Below, in pieces: positions 1-10,559 of a DNA stretch of 64,000 bases. Positions within the stretch are counted from its first letter, which is position 1; each line of letters starts with the position of its first letter. Below the pieces are notes generated by a model. It worked only from the letters and a program-made list of their open reading frames with translations, did no database searches and was not told the origin of the DNA. The translations under genes and the position numbers were made by a program. Origin of the DNA: Yuukianura sp. NJ FZ-2021 (taxonomy: Eukaryota); the NCBI GenBank assembly GCA_046563655.1, contig CM102283.1, positions 2,356,001 through 2,420,000 on the forward strand, given 5' to 3'.

Positions 1-21
1 TTTTGTTTTGGCAGTTAAGGT

Positions 22-1243
22 ATGCCTGTCCATTACTCGGAAGAGCAGCGCCTTTGCATAATTAATCTTCGGTTGGAGTACAAAGATGAAACCAGTACCG
101 AGCTCATGCACAAATACAATCAAAATCCTATCTCGCAAAATCGACCTATGGAGCATCCAAAAGATGTGAACCGAATTCTTAAACGATTCTCTGAACTGGG
201 TAACACTAAAAACCGTCGAAAATCTGGAAGACCAAAAACAGCGACAGACGAAAACTCGGCAATAGGGATTCTTGGGGCTTTTGCGGCTGATCCTCATATT
301 TCAACCAACCAAGTTGCTCGTGATATGGGTGTTTCGCAAACGTCTGTTATGAAGGTGAAAAATCAGTACAACTGGAAGTCCTACAAACCTAGAGTCCATC
401 AACTCCTAAAATTTACGGACTATCCTGACAGAGCCTGGTTTGCAAGAATTTGGCTTCCAATGCTAAACGGAATACCTGACTATGCGAAAAACATCGTCTT
501 CACCGACGAAGCAACTGTAAAACTGGACGGAACTGTTAATCGGCAAAACTATAGATACTGCTCGGATACGAATCCGCATTGGAATGTCCCAGGTTAGACT
601 TTTAAAAAAAGGTGACTTAAAAAGGAATAGTTGTGTTTTGCAAAAAAAATCCCCTCCATAACTAATTAGTGAAAACTATGGTGGGGTATTGATGCCATGA
701 TTTTTTCTTCTGATTTTAGTTAAAACTCAATCGGCCGGAAAAGTGAACCTGTGGGTTGGTCTTTTTGGTGACGAGGTGATTGGACCAATATATTTCAACG
801 GGAATTTGACGGGACAAATGTACCTGACCATGCTACAACAACAAATTGTGCCTGCAATTTTGGCTTCAGCAACACGTCAAAACATTCCACATGCTGACAT
901 CATTTACCAACAGGACGGTTGTGGGCCGCATTTTTCATTAATTGTACGAAACTACCTAGATCAGACTTTTCCCCAAAGGTGGATTGGACGTGCCGGTTGG
1001 TTTCATTGGCCAGCTCGTAGCCCAGATTTTTCGCCACTTGATTATTTTGCGTTTGGGACAATGAGAGGGAATATTTTTTTACCGCCAAGACCTGCCACTG
1101 CGTTGGACTTAATGCGACGAATTGACGATTTTTTTCATGTGCACGTTACGCCTGAAAAACTCAGAAATGTAAGAGACGATTTCCGTAAACGTTTACAACT
1201 TTGTCTTCAGGAAAATGGGAGTCATTTCGAACATTTAAAATAA
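22..1243 (+). mobile_element. Tc1/mariner-superfamily transposase, DD41D (rosa/Visitor-type), two exons, ORF intact (364 aa)
   Basis: Exon 22-592, GT-AG intron 593-719 and exon 720-1243 splice in frame (..NPHWNVP-VKTQSAGKVNLW..). HTH-like N-terminus with GRPK, FTDEA (D1), QQDG (D2), WPARSPDFSPLDY (D3), 41 residues between D2 and D3. 5' TIR is outside the window; candidate 3' ends CACTGTA at about 1519 or 1822. Confidence 0.9.
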
Positions 1244-1520
1244 TGTGCTTGCTACCCCTCCATATTCTGCATATTTTTTCCATTTCCATGTGTTTCTTGG
1301 TCAAATGTCAATGTAAAGCCGATTACTGTTGTTTACAATTTGTTATTTTAAGGCAATAAATTCACCTTTACACTATCCGTAAAGCTTAATTAATAATTAA
1401 TATTTCAAAACTAATGTTTTAATACAACTTCTGGTAGGCGCAACACTCCACTGAATCTAACTTTCCGACAGAATGAACGAGTATTTGGGTTGGGGTAAGG
1501 TGTAGTGGCCGTCACTGTAT

Positions 1521-1692
1521 CCGCAGAGTGTAAGCATCCGTGATTTTTAGTGGCTACAACGGCTGGTGGCTACTCGGTGGCTACTCTACGTCAACTTACG
1601 TAGCCGCTTTATGTTTGGCAAAAGGGGTAAAATTTCAGTTGCCACAGCCCTTATTGTAGTGACTAAAACAGCGGGATGCCTACACTGTGCGG
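1521..1692. mobile_element. Short MITE-like element with ~38-bp imperfect terminal inverted repeats
   Basis: ccgcagagtgtaagcatcc...tttagtggctacaa at 1521 mirrors ttgtagtgactaaaa...ggatgcctacactgtgcgg ending 1692; no clear TSD. Confidence 0.55.
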
Positions 1693-1947
1693 TTCCAATG
1701 ACGGTCGTTGATCCTTACGGTGACCAGTATTTCCGAACCGAGAGGGGGTTTTGTTCCGAGAAATGGAGGAGTGGCTGAGATTAAGCTCATTTGCATGGCC
1801 AGAACATAAAACTATCACTGTATCCCGCTCTTAGTAGCAACTAAATCTCAGAAGCTGAACCGTGTGACCCAAAAACAAACTACACCCGGTTTTTTCTTTA
1901 CCTGAACCGGAAGTTACTTACTAAATATTTCGTCGTTGGGATCAGCG

Positions 1948-4476
1948 ATGACAACGTACAAGGCTATGACAATCGCTGGCAGCGATAGTGGAGGGTAAGA
2001 TAAGGATTTACAAATAATTCATGTAAACAAAACAATTGATAAAAATCAAAATGTTAATAAATTCATTCGTGTTACCTTGTGTAACCGGGTACAGAAATGG
2101 AGGCAGAGTTGGACAAAAAGTGTGATGAGATTTTCTGTATGACGAAATGAGAACGTTGCGTGGGTCACCAGCAATAATGGTGACATTGTCACCGGTGAAA
2201 TGTTTGGAGTTAACAAGTGCTCCAATACTATCAATTAGAAGTTATCCTGCGTAGTTTAGTTAGTAGTTGATTCATGATATGATGCTCACGAGTCACGATT
2301 CTTTTTGTTTGTGACCCCTTGACATTTAGCGGAGCCGGTATTCAAGCTGATCTGAAGACGTTCACATGCTTGGAAGTATTTGGAACGTCAGTCATCACTT
2401 CCGTTACGGCGCAAAATACTGCCACGGTTGATGGAATCCATCCAATTCCTGGTCCATTTGTTAGTCAACAAATGGCTTCTGTCTTGAGTGACATCGGAGC
2501 CAATGCAATCAAAACCGGTAATGGCCAAACTCCTGCTGAATTTTTATGATAATCTAACGGAATAATTTTATTCTTTTGTCGTTTTCTGAAACAGGAATGT
2601 TATGCAACGCTGAAATTATTGTCAACGTTGGCCAAACGCTACAGAAATTTTATTCACCGCTCCCTGGTCAGCCCATTCCGAACTTCACGATTGATCCAGT
2701 AATGATATCATCAACTGGAGCTCAACTTCTGGAAACGTCCGCCATAGAGGCTCTGATCACCCACCTTCTTCCGATTTGTCATATTCTGACTCCGAATGTA
2801 CCCGAAGCACTCAAGATCTTAAGCGAAGGAGGGAAACTTCGAAATCAAGGGGTGCCAGAAACAATTGCGACAATCGAGGACATGAAAATGGCGGCCAAGG
2901 CTCTCGCCTTTTTTGGTCCGAAAATTGTGGTGCTCAAGGGTGGCCACCTTCCATTTAACATGCAAACGAAAGATGCTGCTCCAGCATGTGTTGTGGACGA
3001 CCATTCAGTACATGCTGAAACTCCGTTCGAAGTAGTTGACATCGTCTATGATTCTGAAAGCGACACATTTACGGAATTCCGAAAGCAGTTTCTTCGTGTC
3101 AACAACACACATGGGACAGGGTGTACGCTGAGTGCTGCCATTACTGCTTACTTGGCGCGAGAACTTAAACGTCCGTTTTCATACTTTGAAATTTTTTAAA
3201 ATTTAAAAAAAGTACGTGTGTAAAAAAAAATTCGTTTTTAGCTTTGGATGCAATCCAGAAGGCACTACGTTATGTCCACTCAGCAATTGAAACTGGATTT
3301 GCTGTCGGAAAAGGAAGCAGACAACCGCTTAATCACTTTCACGGAATAGTGCCCCGGGCACTGAGTCTGTAAGAACCAATTAGCGTTCAGCTATCAATAC
3401 GATCCGCATTTCCACAATTTTGAAAAAAGAAACGTTTCTAATCTTCAAAATTTTGAATTTTAGACCATCCAACTCCAACCCACATCCCCTGTTGAATCAC
3501 TTACTGGATTCCTGTCGATCAGACTGGGACAAGTATACTAAACATGCGTTCGTCAAAGGCATTGGAGATGGAACGCTACCCAGAGAATGTTTTATTCACT
3601 ACATCATCCAGGACTACTTTTTTCTGGAGAATTATGCCAGGGCGTATGCTCTTGCAGCTCACAAGGCCAAGAGTCTGGAAGAGTCAAAGAGCTACGCTGA
3701 CACTGTCATTGCAATCGCTCATGAAACAAAGTTACACAAGGAGGTAAACTACTTTTCTTGTGTTCATTTTTGAAGCGCTATCCATATTTTTAAAAAACTG
3801 ATGAAATTTTTGAAAAAAGACAGAATTTTCTGCAATCCGATTTTTTTGATTTTTTTTCTGTAGATGTGTGCCAAATGGGGTGTGTCCTTTGAGCAAATTT
3901 TAGCAACTCCAGAAAGTATGGCCAATGCTGCTTATACTCGTTACGTTCTGGATGTTGGTAAGATCATGTTAATTTGTTTCACATTTTCTTGATTAATCAA
4001 GAGTTGTCGAATTAGTCTTTGACGAAAGTTGTGATTATACTTGGAAGTATTTTTATGCAGGAGCCATCGGAGATATACTGGACTTGAATTTGGCAATGGC
4101 CCCTTGTTCCTTTGGTTACGGAGAGATCGGGACAGAGTTGATGAAGGATCCCAGGACACTTAAGGGTCCGGAGAACCCTTACTGGGAGTGGATTCAAAAT
4201 TACGCTGGAAAAGACTATCAGGATGCTATGTTCAGATCAATCGGTAATCACGAACAGAAAGTTTTCATTTTCACAAATTTCGAAAAAGTTTGTTTAGAAA
4301 CGGATTTTTACTTTAATTAAGTGTAATTTACATTAATTGGTTTAACAGAATTAATAGAGAGGATGGCAGCCACTGTGCAACCTTCGCTGCATCGCTTGGC
4401 GGAAATGGAGAAAATATTCCGTCTGGCAACGAAGCTGGAAATTGCATTTTGGGACATGGGCATGACTCGGACGTAA
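1948..4476 (+). CDS. THI20-like: HMP/HMP-phosphate kinase (ThiD) fused to thiaminase II (TenA); fungal THI20/THI21-like architecture, 8 exons, 540 aa
   Basis: Exons 1948-1994, 2330-2517, 2595-3170, 3242-3368, 3464-3743, 3864-3957, 4061-4243, 4349-4476 (all GT-AG, 1623 nt). ThiD motifs [53 protein letters not shown]; TenA motifs YIIQDYFFL, YTRYVLD, APCSFGYGEIG, NPYWEWIQNY, LEIAFWDM. Confidence 0.93.
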
Positions 4477-4827
4477 CCGATGGTAACCTAGGCTACGTCG
4501 ACCCACCAGGTCAATGCCCTAGTCAGTTGTGTTAGTAGTAAGAGACGAGTGACCTTTGACCTTCCATGAGTTAGAGACTAAAAAGACTATAGCTTTTAGT
4601 TTAAAAGTCTGAAAAGAGTTATATTTATAACTGTACGGAAGAAGTTCTTTAGAGGAAACAATAAAGTTGTGTTTTAATTTATAGGAATTTTTTGTAGTAA
4701 TAAATTTTGTATAAGTGTTTATTTTTTATAATTACAAAATTTTAAAAATACTATTGGAAATTCTAAAGTTTAAAAAAAATGACTAGAAAATGTAAACTGC
4801 ATGCAACTTAACTAACAAGTTAAGGGT

Positions 4828-6372
4828 TTAGACAACTTCGGCTTCCGAGTTTTCTTCCGCCGGAGGTCTCCGAGTTGTGAAGAAGCAAAACGTCAACTAA
4901 AATTTACAATTCACATGTCAGGTTTTTTTCAAAAAAAATTTTGACTCAAAATTTTGAAATTTTTTCTTACAGAGCATTCCAGAATTGATAGGCAAAATGT
5001 TGCTGCTGCTTGGATGGTGTCTAGTATAACAAAACCTCGTCCAATTACTTGGAGGTGAATCAATGGCAGCGATGTTACCAAGAATACGCTGGAAACTGCA
5101 AGTGAGATCGTCACCGGAACATAACTTACTTCCTCTATCTGAAACATTAAGGTTAATACATTCAATATAAATATTCAAACTGTATATTTTAATATAAATA
5201 TAATATTTTATTCACTGAAGTGCAGCGGAGAATTGAGAAGATGACACACAGCGTAACGAAGTTCAGCGTAAAATACGAAAATGGCAAAAACAGAATTGGT
5301 TTTGGCTCGTCTTTTGGAAATTTCCAAAATTTTCCCAAAACAAATGCTAACCAAAATGTGGTGAGACTGGCTTGGTAAATACAAAGAAGCACCTTTTGTC
5401 AAAATTTGAAAAAAAAAAAAACACAACTTTTTTTTAAATATTTAATTTTCAAAAACCAAATCTTCAAATTAGCTAACCCGCAGAATGTGGATGGAATGAC
5501 TTGTGTTTTTCCATTTTCGTAGTTTTTGCATGAAAAATGGTAGAAATAGCATCATGGTCCTAACGAGAACATAAATTTAGTCTTTATATTTTAATATAAT
5601 TTTGCATATTTGAATCTATTTACTATGTATTTTATTTACGACAAAATTCCAGTATGTAAAAGTAAAGCATTGAGTAGATCGTCACCTCCATTCCAAAACC
5701 AGGTTGTATCTGTTCTGTGCAAGAAAAAAAGGAAAAGCAGAATTGAAAAATATTAATTTCAATTTTTTTTAAATTTCAGTTTGAAAACTAACTTACAAAA
5801 TTGTACAAACTAATGAGACGGAAGCAACACTGAAATTTAGAATAATCTGGAAACGAATGAGATTGGAGTAAAAACGACGCTGGACATTTCGTTTTTGGAA
5901 AAAATCTTCAAAAGTTATTGGACTTGTGCGATACTTAGCAAAAGAGCTAATACTTCCCTCACATTCTGGAGCATCCTGTAAGTTATAAATATATAAAATA
6001 CTATAACATAATTAAGCATATAATATAATTGATATAACTTCTTACCGCACCAACTGTTACTATCGTTGTTAAGGTCAATGGACCACATTGAACTTTTCGT
6101 TTTTGGATATCTCCGTCGCTGTCTGTGGTCGTTGAGCAAGATTCAAGTTCGTGTTTCAAACACTCCGACATTTTTGAAATCTCTGTATTCTTCAATTTCA
6201 AATTAGTTTTTCCAAATTTTTCTTTTGAAAAATTGTAATTAGACACACAACAAGCACTGAATTTGTTCCGAACTGCAGAGATCATTGAATCTTCTTGTTT
6301 TTTGGACAAAGGCGTGAAGGCGTCTCGTTTTTCTGAGTCACGGCTTCTAATAGATAATTTTTTCCTTGGCAA
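4828..6372 (-). CDS. Uncharacterised multipass membrane protein, multi-exon; 5' structure uncertain
   Basis: Hydrophobic exons joined by GT-AG introns (RTMMLFLPFF.., VLLCIYQASLTTFWLAFV.., IEEVSYVPVTISLAVSS.., LTFCFFTTRRPPAEENSEAEVV*); no family recognised. Confidence 0.55.
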
Positions 6373-6744
6373 AGTTGCAAAAATCGCAGGAAGTGTGTGA
6401 CTTGTTGTGTGTGTAGGCGTACATTTAACATCACAGTATCATAAAAACATCCAAATTCGCACAAGTTTTTTCAAATCTCAATGAGTTTGATGAAGCTTTT
6501 TGCTCTGAAAGCTTACCTTGTCACTTTTTCACACTTAAAAAAAATATCGGAGAAATTTGCGAATCTCTGAGCGAGGAAAACTCGAGTGAGTATATGAAAC
6601 TCACGGATCTGAAAGTCACATGGCAAAAGTGCTCATTTTTTTTAACTGGCAGAGTACTGAAAGAACTATTTTTAACAAGTTCACCGTTTAATTTATTCTA
6701 AGTTTTTTGGAATTCAAATTTTGCACACGAAAAGGAAGTACAAA

Positions 6745-7962
6745 ATGGCAGCGTCTTTTACTAAAAACTCTACCGGAAATGTTATTCCAACGACCGCAGA
6801 TGAAGTTACAGCCGATTGGTTTACAAGTGTCACTGGCATTGAAATTCCCGAGTCAAAAACTTTCAAAATTTTGAAAAATCCAAATGCTTCTGTTGGAAAT
6901 CTAAGTCAAATGGTTCGTGTCGGATTTTCAAGTGAAGATCAAGGTCAAGGTCACGATCGGAGCTTCTTTATCAAACTTCGTTTGGTTCCTACAAATGACT
7001 TTGAGCGCGGAGTATTGGAAGTCATCATTGTAGAAAACATGGATGGTCGTGAAGTATTTTTCTACCAAACGCTGAAATCCGAGCTGGAGCGACTCGTCCC
7101 CGAGTTAAGTCAGTTTTTCGTACCGTGTCGCTGCGCTGTCAAGAACGACACTGGATCGGTCGTTATTCTAGAAGATATGGGTCCACAGGGATACTGGATG
7201 CCTGGATTCGCTTCTGGACTTGCTCCAACATTCTACCATCGCAGCATTCACTTCATTGCACAGTTCCATTTTGCTGGTGAGCTGCTTCAGCTGGAACACG
7301 GTCGCGGTGCCAACGGTTTGCTGACATCCTTCCCACTACTAAATACTTGGCACGTTCCACGGTCCGACAGCACGGTGTCGCTGGTTAAACAGTTTCCAAG
7401 CCTTGATTGGTTCTCGGTTGGACTGGAATTTATGGCCGCCAATCTTCTGAAACCGTCGGATGCCGAGCTTTTCCGAGCGCTGATTCCACATTCCGAGAAG
7501 ATTATTCGCTGGATCACCGAAGCTGGCTCGAAAAATCCAACGATTATCCATGATGACCTTTGGCCTTACAACTTCTTGTGTCATGACAACGGGGGGATCA
7601 AGGTCATCGATTGGCAACTTGTGGGATTTACTGATCCAGCATACGAACTTGTCTATTTCTTTATGTCGAGTCTACCCGAAGACAAGATAGATTCAGCCGA
7701 AATTCGCCGAGGACTGGAAACCTATTACAAAATTAAACAAGAGTTGTACAATAGGAAGCAATTGAAAATGGGAAGATCGCTGGAAGAATTTTTAGAATTT
7801 TTTGAGACTTACGGACTCTGTTATGGATTTTTAATTATAACGATGAGTGCTGATTCCATCTATGCACAAGAGTCCTACAGGCCTAAACTATCCAAAATAT
7901 ATTCCTACTTTTGTGATGCACAAATACCTCAACGGTTATTAGCTCAACACGCAAACAATTAA
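6745..7962 (+). CDS. Ecdysteroid kinase-like (EcKL / choline-kinase-like) protein, single exon, 405 aa
   Basis: SFFIK, REVFFY, VILEDM, IAQFH, Brenner motif HDDLWPYNFL, IDWQ, PAYELVYF. Confidence 0.85.
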   Translation: MAASFTKNSTGNVIPTTADEVTADWFTSVTGIEIPESKTFKILKNPNASVGNLSQMVRVGFSSEDQGQGHDRSFFIKLRLVPTNDFERGVLEVIIVENMDGREVFFYQTLKSELERLVPELSQFFVPCRCAVKNDTGSVVILEDMGPQGYWMPGFASGLAPTFYHRSIHFIAQFHFAGELLQLEHGRGANGLLTSFPLLNTWHVPRSDSTVSLVKQFPSLDWFSVGLEFMAANLLKPSDAELFRALIPHSEKIIRWITEAGSKNPTIIHDDLWPYNFLCHDNGGIKVIDWQLVGFTDPAYELVYFFMSSLPEDKIDSAEIRRGLETYYKIKQELYNRKQLKMGRSLEEFLEFFETYGLCYGFLIITMSADSIYAQESYRPKLSKIYSYFCDAQIPQRLLAQHANN

Positions 7963-8252
7963 ATTTTGTTTATTCAATTTAAGGTTAGATTAATCAAATC
8001 TAACCTGTAATTCTACAATCTAAATAAATTGTGTAACTAACTACATCTCGAAATCGTGTCAATCCAAAACCAAATTAATCCGACTATCACCCTAACGTTA
8101 AGTATAAAAATTTGATCAATTTGTTACACTTTCATAAAAAATTATTTCATAAGAGAAAATATATGGACATTTAATGTACTTTAATTAATTAAACTTAATT
8201 TAATTTAGACACATCTCTATACCAAACACCAATTGTATTCGTAGGAGGTGAA

Positions 8253-8361
8253 ATGGTCAAAAACAATTTCATCAAAAGTGAAAAGGTCAACAATTACAAA
8301 CAGGTTTGACTTTGTTTTATGTTTGACCTTCTCACTTTTTGACCAAATTGTTTTTGACCAT
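8253..8361. repeat. Foldback inverted repeat (MITE-like) between convergent EcKL and Bcl-2 3' ends
   Basis: atggtcaaaaacaattt..aaaagtgaaaaggtcaa pairs with ttgaccttctcactttt..aaattgtttttgaccat. Confidence 0.6.
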
Positions 8362-8768
8362 ATTACATGGAACCATTGTATTCGTGTATCATACACACCA
8401 TGTGACTTCCACTTCAAAAAAAAAACATTGGCTAAAGCTTTAGCTTTGACAAATAAGGTGTTAATGCAATTTGAAAAAAATAACTAATTAATTTTTTTAA
8501 TCAAACTATTCTAGTTTTAATTGGTTAGGCTAACTTAAGTTGTTCCCATTTTCCCATGTGAGGTTATAATTCATTAGCTAACTACGTAGGTAAATTAATG
8601 TTTTGTGTTCCTTTTAATATAAAGTGAGATCATTCACAGAATTCGAGCTAACTGGGTTAGGCAGAGGCAGCGAACAGGCGGTTTATGGTATTGGGTGTAT
8701 TTGGACTTTGAACAAGTTTGACCTTTGACCTTGACCTCGGATCAGGGTCAAGGTGGCTGATCAGCGTT

Positions 8769-10559
8769 TCAGCGCAGGAGAGAGGAAATGTACATGGTAG
8801 CAGCTAGACCGACACACAGACCAGACCATAAAATGGCTCTTCTCAACTGCGGCATGTCGTCACTTTGCCGTGTTTCCGGTCCTGGAAATTGTTCGACTAG
8901 TCCCATCTACCAAAATCCAAATTAAAAAAAAAGTCATTTCTGAAAATTCAACTAACTTCTAAAAAAAACTCCAAAATTTTGAAGTTGTGTTTTGCTCACC
9001 CATCCGCCATTTTCTTTTACAAAGTCTATCACATGCTTCGTGAGGTAAGAAGCTAAGAATCCCGTAATATCTCCAACTCGACTGTCGTTCTAAAAATAGC
9101 CAAAATGAGTCAAAATTAATCACAAATCAAAATTTCAAAGTACATAAACTGACCTTGTTAAAATTCTGGACTGTAAGATAGTACTTTGCAACGATAATCT
9201 TTTGTTTATGCTAGGCTTTGTTTATGTTAGGTTATGTTTATGTTTAGGATGACTCACTTGACCGTATTCTTGGGAAAGGCGAACGGCAAAGGCAAAGAGG
9301 GCTATGATCCGACCCCACGTTATTCTTAGTTGACTTGGTTCGTTTGAATTGGCCTGAAAATTAAAAAATAGAACGATGATTAATGTCAATGTGACACTCA
9401 GCATTAATTAAACAGCGATTCTCAATAGTTAGATTGAAATTGAACAAATCAATGGACGGTGTCTTTTACAGTTTAAAACTGTTAAAGTAATCGGAGCTAT
9501 TAATGGAAGCAACTAAGTTTTATGTTCTCATTAAGTTTCAGTTCCTTCCCACGACAACTTGGCGTCACTTGTATGACTAAAAGTTATAAAAGTTAAGAGA
9601 ATGACAACGAAAAACGTGACAAAAGAACAAAGATTAGTTTATCCTAAAGTGACATTAAGTTAAACATTACGTCATCATCCTAATCAGTGTCATTCATCAA
9701 CCGCAAAGTACTTTTGGTATGACTCACTGTTAATTTAATTCCATTCATCACAAAAACGTTCAATTTACAAACCGATTATAGTAAACCTACGGTAACTTAC
9801 AACTTAAGGTGAGCGTTGTTAACTAAATCGACCAACACCAAAGCGTAAGGTAAGTTAGACTATGAATTTTCCAGACAATCCGCGACGACAGAAAAACGTC
9901 AGAAAAACGAATTATGCCAAAAATCGTTTCTGGCTTATCTACGGCGGAAACTTCCTGGAAAATTCCAGTGATGACCAGGACTAAAAGACCAAACGGGTTT
10001 AGACAGAAATAAAGCAAAAAAAGGAAAAACCAAGGTACTACAGTTAGTAAAACTAGACAATTTATTACCATTTACCTCAAATAACTCATTGGCAACACAA
10101 GTAAATTCATGGTAATGATGTACTTGTATCCGATTGACCATTCCAGTAAAGAGGATGACATGTTTCTGGAGAATGTCTCTGACACAGGCACACAGTGCTT
10201 GTAATACGACGTCCCTCTGGTCATCTGGACATTTGTTATCAAATGCAACCTCTTGGATAACCCACAGTGCTAACCTCTGACCTAGAATTACAAAGATATC
10301 CAGAATTACGATCCAATTGACAACAATATACCATGTCCTTCATCATCATCATCTTCATCACTAAGCTATAGCACATTGCAAATTATGATTTGTTTTTGTT
10401 ATGTGATGAAAATGCACCTCGAATTATTGTCTGATCAACTTCGTTGTCACTTCTGCGTGACTCCAGTCGACTGTCCACTTCGTCCACGACACCAGCAACA
10501 GCTGCGGCACAAGAATTGTGCCTGGCAGTCTCCGTCGTCGTACTTGATTGCGACCCCAT
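8769..10559 (-). CDS. Bcl-2 family apoptosis regulator; 5' exons uncertain
   Basis: BH1-like VANELFE..ITWGRIIALFAF, BH2-like FVKENGGW, C-terminal membrane anchor AILWSGLCVGLAATMYISSLLR*; GT-AG introns. Confidence 0.85.

Noticed and set aside
1524-1689. CACAGTG-like ends suggesting a Transib/RSS-type element
   Set aside because: The left end is mismatched, and no 5-bp TSD or nonamer is found; kept only as a generic MITE.
1765-1920. Possible canonical TPP riboswitch upstream of the THI20-like gene (CTGAGATTA at ~1774, ACCTGAACCGGA at ~1900)
   Set aside because: The fragments are too far apart, and the P4/P5 pairing and closing GCG(U/A)AG are missing; ccggaagt is more simply an ETS-like promoter motif. 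A cmsearch would settle it.
1948-4476. Bacterial contamination as source of the thiamine gene
   Set aside because: Seven spliceosomal introns and contiguity with arthropod-type genes.
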